Part shown: piece by piece, positions 53,172-63,089 of the stretch
Numbering within the stretch: the stretch's first letter is position 1
Layout: each line of letters starts with the position of its first letter
Origin: an uncultured delta proteobacterium
GTDB lineage: Bacteria > Myxococcota_A > Polyangia > Fen-1088
Length of the DNA stretch: 64,000 nt
Assembly (NCBI GenBank): GCA_963767925.1
Contig: CAVYGB010000010.1
Location: 160,001 to 224,000 of the forward strand
Direction of reading: 5' to 3'
Notes under the pieces: generated by a model
The model's input: the letters and a program-made list of their open reading frames with translations, nothing else
Database searches by the model: none
What the model was told of the DNA's origin: nothing
Program-made: the position numbers and the translations under genes

Positions 53172-55637
53172 GTGTCGTCGGGGAGCCAGGGGAGCAGCAA
53201 CGAGGAGAGCGGGGCCGTCCGTGGCGACGCTCCCGTGACGGTGGCGTCGATCGAGCCTGCCGGTGAAGACGCCACCATGGCGGTGGCGGAGAACCAGCTG
53301 CCGGTCGACGAGGGCGACGGCATGACCGTCGCGCAGAACGGGCCCCTCGAGGACACCGCCGGCATGACGGTGGCGGAAAACCGGCCCGGCCAGGAGGGCG
53401 CGACTGTCACGGCGGCCTCGACCCCCGCCGACAGCGAGCCGCCGCTTGGCGAGGTCATCCCCGGGACCCAGTACCGCGTGCTCACCAAGCTGGGCAGCGG
53501 GGGCATGGGGACGGTCTACGCCGCCGAACACGTGGCCCTCGAGAAGAAGGTCGCCCTCAAGGTCCTGCGCCCCGACGTGGGCAACGCCCAGAACGCGGTC
53601 GATCGCCTGCGCGACGAGGCCCGGGCCGCCTCCCGGGTGGGCAGCCCCTTCATCTGCGACGTCACCGACTTCGGCCAGCTCCCCGACGGGCGCGTCTTCT
53701 TCGTCATGGAGTACCTCGACGGGCCCTCGCTGGGGCGGGTCCTGCGCAGCGGGGGTGCGCTGTCGCCGTCGCGGGCCCTGCCCATCTTGCGCCAGATCGC
53801 CAAGGGCCTGCAGGCGGCCCACCAGAAGGGCATCGTCCACCTCGACCTCAAGCCCGACAACGTCGTTTTGCTGAACCGGGACCGCCGCGCCGACCTGATC
53901 AAGCTCGTCGACTTCGGGGTCGCCCGCCTGCTCGGTGACTCCCGGCGCGACGACCAGGTGGCGGGGACGCCGGAGTACGTGGCCCCCGAGCGCTTCCTGG
54001 GCGCCGCGTACGATCATCGGGCCGACATCTACGCCCTCGGCGTGCTGGCCTACGAGACGTTGACCGGTGAGGTCCCCTTCCGCGCCTCGAGCTATCTCGG
54101 CACGCTCACAAAACACGTCGAGGAGCCTCCGCCCCCCCTGGAGCGGCGGGTGGGCGAACACGACATCCCCGAGGCCATCGCCGCGCTGGTGATGCAGATG
54201 CTCGAGAAGGACCCCACCGCCCGCCCGGCGAACATGTCGGTGGTGGAGGCCATGTTGTGCGAGGCCCAGATCACCGCCGGGCTGCGCACCTCCTGGGACG
54301 ACCTCGAGCTGCCCTCGGTCGACGAGATCTGGCGCAAGAAGCTCGCCGCGCGGATGCCCTCGCCCTGGGGCACCCAGAAGAAGGCCCTGATGGCGGGCGC
54401 GCTGGCCCTGGCCCTCTCGGGCGTGGCGGCCGCCGTGTATTTCGGGGTCGTCCGCGGACCCGACGTGGTGATCCGCTACGTGGAGGTGACCCGCACCGCC
54501 GAGGCCGAGTCGGTGGCGGCCTGGCTCGAGCGCGCCGAGGCGGCGGCCCGCAACCAGCGCTACGTCACCCCGCCCAGCGACTGCGCCCTCACCTACCTGC
54601 TGCACGCCGAGGCCGAGCAGACCCGGCTGGGGCGGCGCGAGAAGTCCGGGGGAGCCGAGCGCCTGCGACAGATGTTCGCCTCGACCCTGGTGGGCCTCGG
54701 CGACGAGCTGGCCCGGGCCAACCTGGGTCACCTGGCGGCGCTGAAGTACCGCGAGGCCCTTCTGTTCACGCCCGACGACGGCGCCCTGGCCAAGACCGCC
54801 CGCCTCACCCAGGACGAGGCCTCGCGCATGCGCGAGCGGATGCGGGTGGCCAAGGCTGCCACCGCCCAGGGGGCCGCGCCGGCCGCGACCCTCGCCGGTG
54901 AGCTCCGTCCCGACGAGGCCAAGGAGACCGCCACCAGCGCCTATCTGCTCGCCGCCCGCCAGGGCCGCTTCTCCGAGGCGCGGGTGGCCCTGCGCGCGCT
55001 GGCCACCCTGGATCGAAACGGCATCGAGCGGGCCAAGCTGGCCGACGCCTTCCGCAAGCGGGCCGACACGCTCTGGCCCAGCGAGCCCGCGGCGGCGCGG
55101 CCGCTCTACCAGCTCACCGCCGAGCTCGATCCGGGAGACGCCGAAGCGGCGCGGAGGGCCCATCCTCCCGCCCAGGCGGTGCCGCCCGCGCCCCCCAGGG
55201 AGCCCCCGCCCCCGCCCGTGTTCGGGCGCCCCCGCAAGATGGAGGTGCCCGAGACCCTGGCTCCCCGCGACCTGCCCGGGTCACGCACCGCCGCCGCCGC
55301 CGGGCAGGCGGCCCTGGCCCGCCTCTCGCTGACCGAGGCGGAGACCGCGTTTCTCCGGGCGCTGCAGGGCGATCCCAACAACACCGCCGCCATCGCCGGG
55401 CTGGCCGAGGTGGCCTTCGAGCGCTCCCGCTACGCCGAGGCCCTCGATTACGCGCGGCGGGCGGTGGCCCAGTCCCCGCAATCGGCCCGCTACCTCGTCT
55501 TGCTGGGCGATGCCCACTTCAAGCTGCTGCGCTTCGCCGACGCCCGGGCCACCTACAAGCGGGCGCTCAAGCTCTCCCCCGACAACCGCCTCATCCAGGG
55601 CCGGCTCGATCGCGTGCACGCCCGGCTGCGCGAGTGA
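53172..55637 (+). CDS. Ser/Thr protein kinase with TM and C-terminal TPR domain
   Basis: 'LGSGGMGTVY', 'VALKVL', 'HLDLKPDN', 'DFGVA', 'GTPEYVAPE', TM, TPRs 'YAEALDYARRAV...LGDAHFKL...YKRALKLSPDN'. Confidence 0.95.
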   Translation: MSSGSQGSSNEESGAVRGDAPVTVASIEPAGEDATMAVAENQLPVDEGDGMTVAQNGPLEDTAGMTVAENRPGQEGATVTAASTPADSEPPLGEVIPGTQYRVLTKLGSGGMGTVYAAEHVALEKKVALKVLRPDVGNAQNAVDRLRDEARAASRVGSPFICDVTDFGQLPDGRVFFVMEYLDGPSLGRVLRSGGALSPSRALPILRQIAKGLQAAHQKGIVHLDLKPDNVVLLNRDRRADLIKLVDFGVARLLGDSRRDDQVAGTPEYVAPERFLGAAYDHRADIYALGVLAYETLTGEVPFRASSYLGTLTKHVEEPPPPLERRVGEHDIPEAIAALVMQMLEKDPTARPANMSVVEAMLCEAQITAGLRTSWDDLELPSVDEIWRKKLAARMPSPWGTQKKALMAGALALALSGVAAAVYFGVVRGPDVVIRYVEVTRTAEAESVAAWLERAEAAARNQRYVTPPSDCALTYLLHAEAEQTRLGRREKSGGAERLRQMFASTLVGLGDELARANLGHLAALKYREALLFTPDDGALAKTARLTQDEASRMRERMRVAKAATAQGAAPAATLAGELRPDEAKETATSAYLLAARQGRFSEARVALRALATLDRNGIERAKLADAFRKRADTLWPSEPAAARPLYQLTAELDPGDAEAARRAHPPAQAVPPAPPREPPPPPVFGRPRKMEVPETLAPRDLPGSRTAAAAGQAALARLSLTEAETAFLRALQGDPNNTAAIAGLAEVAFERSRYAEALDYARRAVAQSPQSARYLVLLGDAHFKLLRFADARATYKRALKLSPDNRLIQGRLDRVHARLRE

Positions 55638-55657
55638 GCAGCCCGATCGCCACTCGC

Positions 55658-56683
55658 TCAGAACCGCCCGCGGGCTCCCAGCGTGAGCCCGGCGGCCGCG
55701 CGTTCGTCCCCGGGCGGGGCGGGCGATCCCGGCGGCGCCAGGAACAGCCAGACGCCCCCCAGGGTCGCCGAGACGGCGCTCAGGCCGAGCAGGGTCGCCC
55801 CCAGCACGTTGGTCCGGTAGACGCGCGGACAGTGACCGGCGGGATCCATCACCTCGATCGCGCAGGTCACCTCGGAGCCATCGAGGCGCAGCAGATACAC
55901 ACCCCCGCCGGCCATCAACCCGCCGGCCAGCATGGCCGTCCAGCCGGCGGCGCGGAAGGGGAAGGGCGAGGGCAGGCGCACCAGATCGAGGTCCAGGCTC
56001 TCCTCCACGCCGCTCACCACGGTGAACGATCGCTCGAGCGGGGTGAACCCCTCGTGTTCGATCGACATGCGGTGAGCGCCGGCCGCCAGGCTGACGTCGA
56101 CGGGGCTGAGCCCCACCAGCTTCTCGTCGATCTTGACCGTCGCCCCGTGCGGCCGCGTCCGGACGACGAAACGAACCGGGGCGGTGGCGAGCACCAGCAG
56201 GCGGGCCCGCAAGGCCGCCGCCGCCAGCGACATCTTCTCGCCCACCTCCTCGGCCCCGCAGATCTCGCAGCGCTCGCGGCTGGTCCCCACCACGACCCCC
56301 GTGCGTCCGGTGACCAGCTCGAGGGCGATCTCGAAGCTCTTGGCGTTCTCCTGGACCCGGGCGCCCACGAGGTAATGGGCGCCCAGCCGGCTCGCGATGT
56401 CCCGCAAGCACTGTGGATCGGCGCAGGCCGAATCGCGCGCGGCCGCGCTGGCGCTGACCCCCGCGGGGCGCAACACCTCGAAGCCCACCGTGGTGAGACC
56501 CTCGCGCAGGCGCGTGGCCAGGCCTTCGCGCAAAGGAGGAGCGATCTGCCCGGAATACTCCAGGCGATAGATGGCCAGCCGCTCGGAATGCTCGGGGCCT
56601 TCCGACGCTACCGCCGTTTCGGCGGCCGCAAAACCCGACACAACTGCCAGCACCGCCCGGGTGCGCGCCTTCCAAGCAATCAT
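55658..56683 (-). CDS. PEGA-domain secreted/membrane protein
   Basis: Signal peptide, 'C....CLRDIASRLGA' N-domain, PEGA 'VRTRPHGATVKIDEKLVGLSP...GAHR', C-terminal TM pair. Confidence 0.85.
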   Translation of the reverse strand: MIAWKARTRAVLAVVSGFAAAETAVASEGPEHSERLAIYRLEYSGQIAPPLREGLATRLREGLTTVGFEVLRPAGVSASAAARDSACADPQCLRDIASRLGAHYLVGARVQENAKSFEIALELVTGRTGVVVGTSRERCEICGAEEVGEKMSLAAAALRARLLVLATAPVRFVVRTRPHGATVKIDEKLVGLSPVDVSLAAGAHRMSIEHEGFTPLERSFTVVSGVEESLDLDLVRLPSPFPFRAAGWTAMLAGGLMAGGGVYLLRLDGSEVTCAIEVMDPAGHCPRVYRTNVLGATLLGLSAVSATLGGVWLFLAPPGSPAPPGDERAAAGLTLGARGRF

Positions 56684-56790
56684 CGTTTACCTGTCCCGAA
56701 ACCTCGGCAGTATCGCAGAGCGACCAAAGCGGAGGACCCAGGGTTTCCCGGGTGCAATCGGGCATCGGCCGTAAATGAAAGGGGCTCCCC

Positions 56791-56812
56791 GGGGCGTGGT
56801 GCACCACGCCCC
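56791..56812. repeat. Perfect 22-bp palindrome GGGGCGTGGTGCACCACGCCCC
   Basis: Read directly; flanked by complementary GCTCCC (56784-56789) and GGGAGC (56821-56826). Confidence 0.85.
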
Positions 56813-56899
56813 CGCGCTACGGGAGCGCTCGACCGGGCGGCCCCCCGATCCGATCCATCCCGATGGGTCCCGGGTGGCCGGAGGCGAGGGGTCGCCGGG

Positions 56900-57172
56900 C
56901 TAGAGCGGCGGGGCGGCGACAGCGACCTGAGCGTTGCTCGATTTGATCAGCTCGAGCAGCTTCGCGCGATCATACTGCCGGCCGCCGTGGATCTCGGCGA
57001 GGATGATGTTCGCGAGCGTTTCGTTCGTGATGTCCGTTCCAGCGGGGTGAGCGATCACGGCGAGATCGTCGCCAGCACGTAACCGTTCACCCAGAAACGC
57101 GAGGGTCACATAACGAGACTCGGACACATCATACAGCTTGCGGTTGCCATAACGGCGGATTGTTCGGGTCAT
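56900..57172 (-). CDS. PhaR-type (PHA synthesis regulator) DNA-binding-domain protein, 90 aa
   Basis: 'IRRYGNRKLYD..ESRYVTL......AG.D..V....G.DIT..TL..II' matches the PHB_acc_N pattern. Confidence 0.88.
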   Translation of the reverse strand: MTRTIRRYGNRKLYDVSESRYVTLAFLGERLRAGDDLAVIAHPAGTDITNETLANIILAEIHGGRQYDRAKLLELIKSSNAQVAVAAPPL

Positions 57173-57437
57173 GTTTCATCGTACCGCGTCTACAGGCACG
57201 CGTCGAGGAAGGCCAGGCGACGCGTCACAAGCTCGCGCAGGTGCACATGAATTTCGCGTCGCAGTTTCATGGAGCACCGCCGAATCATGCCGTTGAAGTT
57301 GTAATTTGGGGTGCTGAAATCCCCTGGGGTCGAATCCGGGGCGGGCCGAAAAACCGCTCCTGGGAACCGTCTCCGAAACGAAAAACCCGCGGGACTTAGC
57401 GGGCTGGAGCCCCGAACATCCGTGGCAGACAGCGCAG

Positions 57438-57848
57438 ATGCCAAGACAGGTCTTCGCCGCGCTCGCGACCGTGTTTTTCGCCGCTCCGGTCGTGGTCGCG
57501 ACCGGCTGCACGACCAGCCCGGGTGAGCGCGCCGCGGCTGGATCGGTGACTCCCTCGACGGCGCGCGACCCGAAGGTGGCCGTCGCGAAGGTCGGCGGTG
57601 AGGCGATCATCGAGGCGGAGCTCAAGGAACACGCCAAGGCCATCGGCCTCACCACCGACCGGTTCGTGAAGGGCCTCGACTCGGGGGAAAAGTCCAAGAT
57701 CGTCGACGCGTCGAAGAAGGCCGGCGAGGAGGCGGGGGTCAGCGGGACACCGGCCTTCTTCATCAACGGCCGTCCCCTCTCGGGGGCGCAGCCCTTCGAG
57801 AGGTTCAAGGAGATCATCGACCACGAGCTGCGCGGCAGCGGCAGCTAG
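57438..57848 (+). CDS. Lipoprotein with only the C-terminal part of a DsbA/thioredoxin domain (no CxxC; probable internal deletion)
   Basis: Lipobox 'ATGC'; 'VAKVGGEAIIEAEL' runs directly into 'KEHAKAIGL...GVSGTPAFFINGR..SGAQPFERFKEIIDHEL'. Confidence 0.7.
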   Translation: MPRQVFAALATVFFAAPVVVATGCTTSPGERAAAGSVTPSTARDPKVAVAKVGGEAIIEAELKEHAKAIGLTTDRFVKGLDSGEKSKIVDASKKAGEEAGVSGTPAFFINGRPLSGAQPFERFKEIIDHELRGSGS

Positions 57849-57891
57849 CGCACAGCCCCGGGCGCCAGCCTGAGCGGGCGGCCGCTGGCCG

Positions 57892-59356
<1,465 letters not shown>

Positions 59357-59382
59357 CGCGTGAGGATACCGCAACTCGCGCG

Positions 59383-59613
59383 CTAGCGCTCAGCGTCCTT
59401 GCTGCCGACCACCGTCAGGTTCAGTCCCACCTGCACGCTGAGCGGCTTACCGTCGACGAGGATGTTGATCTTGCCGTTGTAGTACCAGCCGAACGAGCCG
59501 GTGGAGAACTCGCGCTTGTCCGCGATGAGCTCCTGACCGTTGATGGTGAGCTTGACCGACTCGGCCTTCTCGAGAAACTGGGCGCGGGTGACCGGGGAGG
59601 CGGACTTTGCCAT
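59383..59613 (-). CDS. Small conserved-looking hypothetical protein (76 aa)
   Basis: Strong GC3 codon bias; 'KREFSTGSFGWYYNGK...VQVGLNLTVVGSK'. Confidence 0.85.
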   Translation of the reverse strand: MAKSASPVTRAQFLEKAESVKLTINGQELIADKREFSTGSFGWYYNGKINILVDGKPLSVQVGLNLTVVGSKDAER

Positions 59614-59700
59614 GGTGGGCGAAGAGTAACATCTCCGACTCCGCCCGGTGTGTCCCTCGACACCAACACGGCGGAGGCAGTCGATTCTGGCCGCGCGATC

Positions 59701-61713
59701 TCAGCGCATCGTGATCGTGTCGGCGACGGGGGTGAGGGTCAGGGCACGGAGGCGGAACAGCTCGCCCCCCTGGATCTTCGTGGGCTCCACCGCGATCTCG
59801 AAGGTACCGGGCGGCAAGGTGACCCGCCCCAAACTGACCGCTCCCTGCGGAGCCGCCGCCACCGTCCCCGACAGGGTCTTTCCGCCGAGCTTGACCGCGA
59901 AGGTGCCGCCGGCCGAGGCCGGCTGCTCGACGTCGTAGGAGATCCCCACCTCGAAGCTGGCCGACTCGCGCAGCCGGACGGGCCAGCGCACCGAATCGTC
60001 CATCCGGGTCCAGTTGAGGATGTGGGCGTCGCGGGCCTTGCCCGCGCCGTAGGTCAGCCCGCCCTGCAGCTTGCCGTCGAAGGCCCGCAGGGTATCGAGG
60101 GGCACCTCGCCGCTCAGCAAGCGCGCGGGATCGCTGCCGACCTCGCCCTCCACCTCGAGGGCGATCACGGTGTCGGTAGGGTGGGGCGCCCGGGCGGGGC
60201 CCTGCACCACCACGTCGAGCTCACCGGCCCGGCGCACCGGCAGCGGCGTCTTCCTGCTGTCGGCCAGGAGGTAGGCCCGCGCGACCTGCGCCTTGAGGCC
60301 GCCCACCACCACCCGACCCTTCCGGGGCCAGGAGAGCACGTGCAGAAACAGGGTGTTTCCCCGCCGGGTCGACTCGCCCCAGGCCTGCACCGGCAGCGGC
60401 GTGGCCTCGGTGCCGCGGATCGAGCCGCCGTTGGCCTTCATCCAGGCGCCCACCCCTTCCAGGATGGCGACGTCCTTGGGATCGATCTTGCCGTCGCCCA
60501 TGGGGCCCACGTTGAGGAGGACGTTCCCGCCGCGCGCCGAGGCCTTGGCCAGCAGCTCGATGAAGTGCCCGGCCGGCTTGTGGGTCTGATCCCCCTGGTG
60601 CCAGCCGTACGACTCGTTGGTGGTGGGGATGGCCTCCCAGGCGACGTGTTTGACCGGCCCCGCGCCGGGGGCCGCTGCCGCCGCGGCGGCCGACCCGCCC
60701 TGATCCCAGTGGGCCTGGGGCGGGAACTCGGCTGGCTTGTCGGTGGTCGAGCGGTAGTCGCCGAAGTTGGCCGGCGGGCCGCCCGGGACCGGCTGACAGA
60801 TGCGGCTGTTCACCACCAGGGTCGGCTTGGCCGCCCGCGCCGCCTCCAGCACGCGCACGTTCTCCTCGGGCGGCAGCCGCCCGGGGGTGTCGAACCAGAT
60901 GATGTCGGGATCGTATTTGCTGATCAGCTCGCGCACCTGGGGGATCACCTTGCCGTCGACGTAGTTGCGCACGCGGGCGACGAACTTGGGGTCGTTCTCC
61001 CACCAGCGCTGGCCCGAGATCCGCTTGTCGCCGCCGGGATTGCCGTGCTCCCAGTCGTTGCCCGGGCTGTCGGGGTGATGCCACTCCCAGGCCTGCGAAT
61101 AGTAGAACCCGAACTTGATGCCGTGTTTCTGGCAAGCGGCCTTCAGCTCCTTCATCGGATCGCGCTTCCAGGCCGAGGCCTTCACGATGTTGTAGTCGCT
61201 GACGTCCGAGTCGAACATCGCGAAGCCGTCGTGGTGCTTGGCGGTGATGATGAAGTAGGCCATGCCGGCGCGCTTGGCGAGGCTGATCCAGGCGTCGGCG
61301 TCGAACCCGGTCGGGTTGAACGGCGCCACGAGCTGGTCCCGATACTGGGCGGTCGGGATCTGCATCTTGCGCATGAGGTGCTCGGCGTACCCCTCGACCG
61401 GCTTGCCCTGCCAGATCCCGCCCACGTGCGAATAGGCCCCCCAGTGGACGAACATCCCGAAGCGCGCGTCCTGGAACCAGGCCAGCCGCTCGGCGCTCGT
61501 CTCCATCGATTGGCGCCACCACGCCATCTCGGGACGATCCGGAAGCGGCACGGCCGCCGCGGCGGGGGCCGGGATGGCGGCGGGGGCCGGGCCCTCGGGG
61601 ACGGTGGGGGCGCTGGCCCAGCATCCGAGCCCGGTGCAGGCGGCGACCGCCAGCAGGCCCAGGGCCCTTCGAAACGGGACGGCAACAGGAGCGGCGGCGG
61701 CGAGGTGGGTCAT
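59701..61713 (-). CDS. Alpha-L-fucosidase (GH29), secreted, with C-terminal beta-sandwich/CBM-like domains
   Basis: 'WFQDARFGMFVHWG', 'ITAKHHDGF', 'FGFYYS', nucleophile context 'IIWFDT', 'GGNVLLNVGP'. Confidence 0.93.
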   Translation of the reverse strand: MTHLAAAAPVAVPFRRALGLLAVAACTGLGCWASAPTVPEGPAPAAIPAPAAAAVPLPDRPEMAWWRQSMETSAERLAWFQDARFGMFVHWGAYSHVGGIWQGKPVEGYAEHLMRKMQIPTAQYRDQLVAPFNPTGFDADAWISLAKRAGMAYFIITAKHHDGFAMFDSDVSDYNIVKASAWKRDPMKELKAACQKHGIKFGFYYSQAWEWHHPDSPGNDWEHGNPGGDKRISGQRWWENDPKFVARVRNYVDGKVIPQVRELISKYDPDIIWFDTPGRLPPEENVRVLEAARAAKPTLVVNSRICQPVPGGPPANFGDYRSTTDKPAEFPPQAHWDQGGSAAAAAAAPGAGPVKHVAWEAIPTTNESYGWHQGDQTHKPAGHFIELLAKASARGGNVLLNVGPMGDGKIDPKDVAILEGVGAWMKANGGSIRGTEATPLPVQAWGESTRRGNTLFLHVLSWPRKGRVVVGGLKAQVARAYLLADSRKTPLPVRRAGELDVVVQGPARAPHPTDTVIALEVEGEVGSDPARLLSGEVPLDTLRAFDGKLQGGLTYGAGKARDAHILNWTRMDDSVRWPVRLRESASFEVGISYDVEQPASAGGTFAVKLGGKTLSGTVAAAPQGAVSLGRVTLPPGTFEIAVEPTKIQGGELFRLRALTLTPVADTITMR

Positions 61714-61988
61714 GGCGGGGGGCCTACTCTAGGGCAAAAGCGCCGGGCCATTGTCAGCAATTGCCGGCGGCGCCACCGTAAAGGCAGGGTAAATCCACCG
61801 GTTACGCGCCCGTCCTGGCACGACGCCAGCAGCGGCTGCGGACCTTCCCCGGACATTTCGCGACCCGACGGGCCGTCCGGGGCGCCTTTCCGCTCGGCCG
61901 GCCGGCCTGTCGGGCATATGCCCGGATGGTGGCGGCGCGCGCGATCCGCGAAGATGTCTTCGCCCCATCGTCTTCGACGAGGCAGCCC

Positions 61989-62399
61989 ATGCAAGCAGCA
62001 CCGGCGCAACTGGCCCGGATCCTCGTGATCGACGACGAGCCCCTCGTGCGGCGGGCGGTGGTGCGCTCCCTCGAGCGGGAGCACCAGGTGGTGGCCATCG
62101 ACACCGCGGCCGAGGCCCTGCGCCGCCTCGAGAGCGGCGAGCGCTTCGATCTCATCCTCTGCGATCTCATGATGCCCGAGATGACGGGGATGGAGATGGC
62201 GGCCCGCCTGCGGCAGCGCCTGCCCTGGATGGCCGAGCGGCTGATGTTCCTGTCGGGGGGGGCGTTCACCCTGGAGTCGGCCGAGTTCCTGGGCGCCCTC
62301 GGCAACCGCTTCATCGAGAAACCGTTCCTGCCCGAGGAGCTGTGCCGCCGGGTGGCCGAGCGGCTGACCATGGTCGGCGGCAACAGCGCCGATACCTGA
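61989..62399 (+). CDS. Single-domain response regulator receiver
   Basis: 'ILVIDDEP', 'DLILCDLMMPEMTG', 'FLSGG', 'EKPF'. Confidence 0.92.
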   Translation: MQAAPAQLARILVIDDEPLVRRAVVRSLEREHQVVAIDTAAEALRRLESGERFDLILCDLMMPEMTGMEMAARLRQRLPWMAERLMFLSGGAFTLESAEFLGALGNRFIEKPFLPEELCRRVAERLTMVGGNSADT

Positions 62400-62479
62400 A
62401 GGACATACTCTGTGGTCCGCTCGGGCCGCCCTCCTGCGACCCATTGTTCGCTGGCGCGTCGGACACATCTTGCGGCAGG

Positions 62480-63049
62480 ATGCGCCTCGTGAGCCCACCC
62501 CGGGTCCGGACCGTTCTCGTCGTTTTCGCCGCCGGCCTGGTGGGCAGCCTCGTCGTGCTGCTGGCGCCGGTGCCGGCCCAGGCCGCCCGGGCGAAGATGG
62601 TCTCGGTCCAGCCCCTCGAGGGCCGCAACGGCGAGCGGGTGCGCCGCGAGGTGGCGCGGGTTGTGCGGGGCCGCCGCTTTCGCGTCGTCACCGAGGTGCC
62701 GAAGGCCACCGGCACCGGCCAGTATTACACCTGGGCGCGTGAGCTGGGTTTGACGGCATTCGTCGTGGGCGAGCTGGTGAACCTGGGCCAGCGCCAGCGC
62801 GTCACCTTCCTGGTCTGGTCGGGCCACGACGGCTCGGTGGTGGGACGCTGGACGGTGACGGCCTCGAGCAGCAAGCTGCCCACCACCGTGGCCCGCCACT
62901 TCTGGCGGCGCCTGGGCCCCGCCCTGCGACGGGCGCGGCCACCCGGCGAGTGGATCGAGCCGCCGCCGGGACCGACTATCCGCATCGACGCCAGCTCGCG
63001 CCAGGACGACGACATCGTGGGTGCCGACATCCGGCGTCGCCGCCTGTAG
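62480..63049 (+). CDS. Hypothetical secreted protein
   Basis: Signal peptide ending 'PAQA-A'; GC3-biased ORF. Confidence 0.6.
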   Translation: MRLVSPPRVRTVLVVFAAGLVGSLVVLLAPVPAQAARAKMVSVQPLEGRNGERVRREVARVVRGRRFRVVTEVPKATGTGQYYTWARELGLTAFVVGELVNLGQRQRVTFLVWSGHDGSVVGRWTVTASSSKLPTTVARHFWRRLGPALRRARPPGEWIEPPPGPTIRIDASSRQDDDIVGADIRRRRL

Positions 63050-63089
63050 CCGACCTGTAGCCGCGCTCAAGCTGGGGCCGGGTTGACCG

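Noticed and set aside
57305..57345. tRNA T-loop-like GTCGAATCC (also TTCGAATCC on the minus strand at 26372-26380)
   Set aside because: No T-stem, acceptor stem or cloverleaf could be built at either site.
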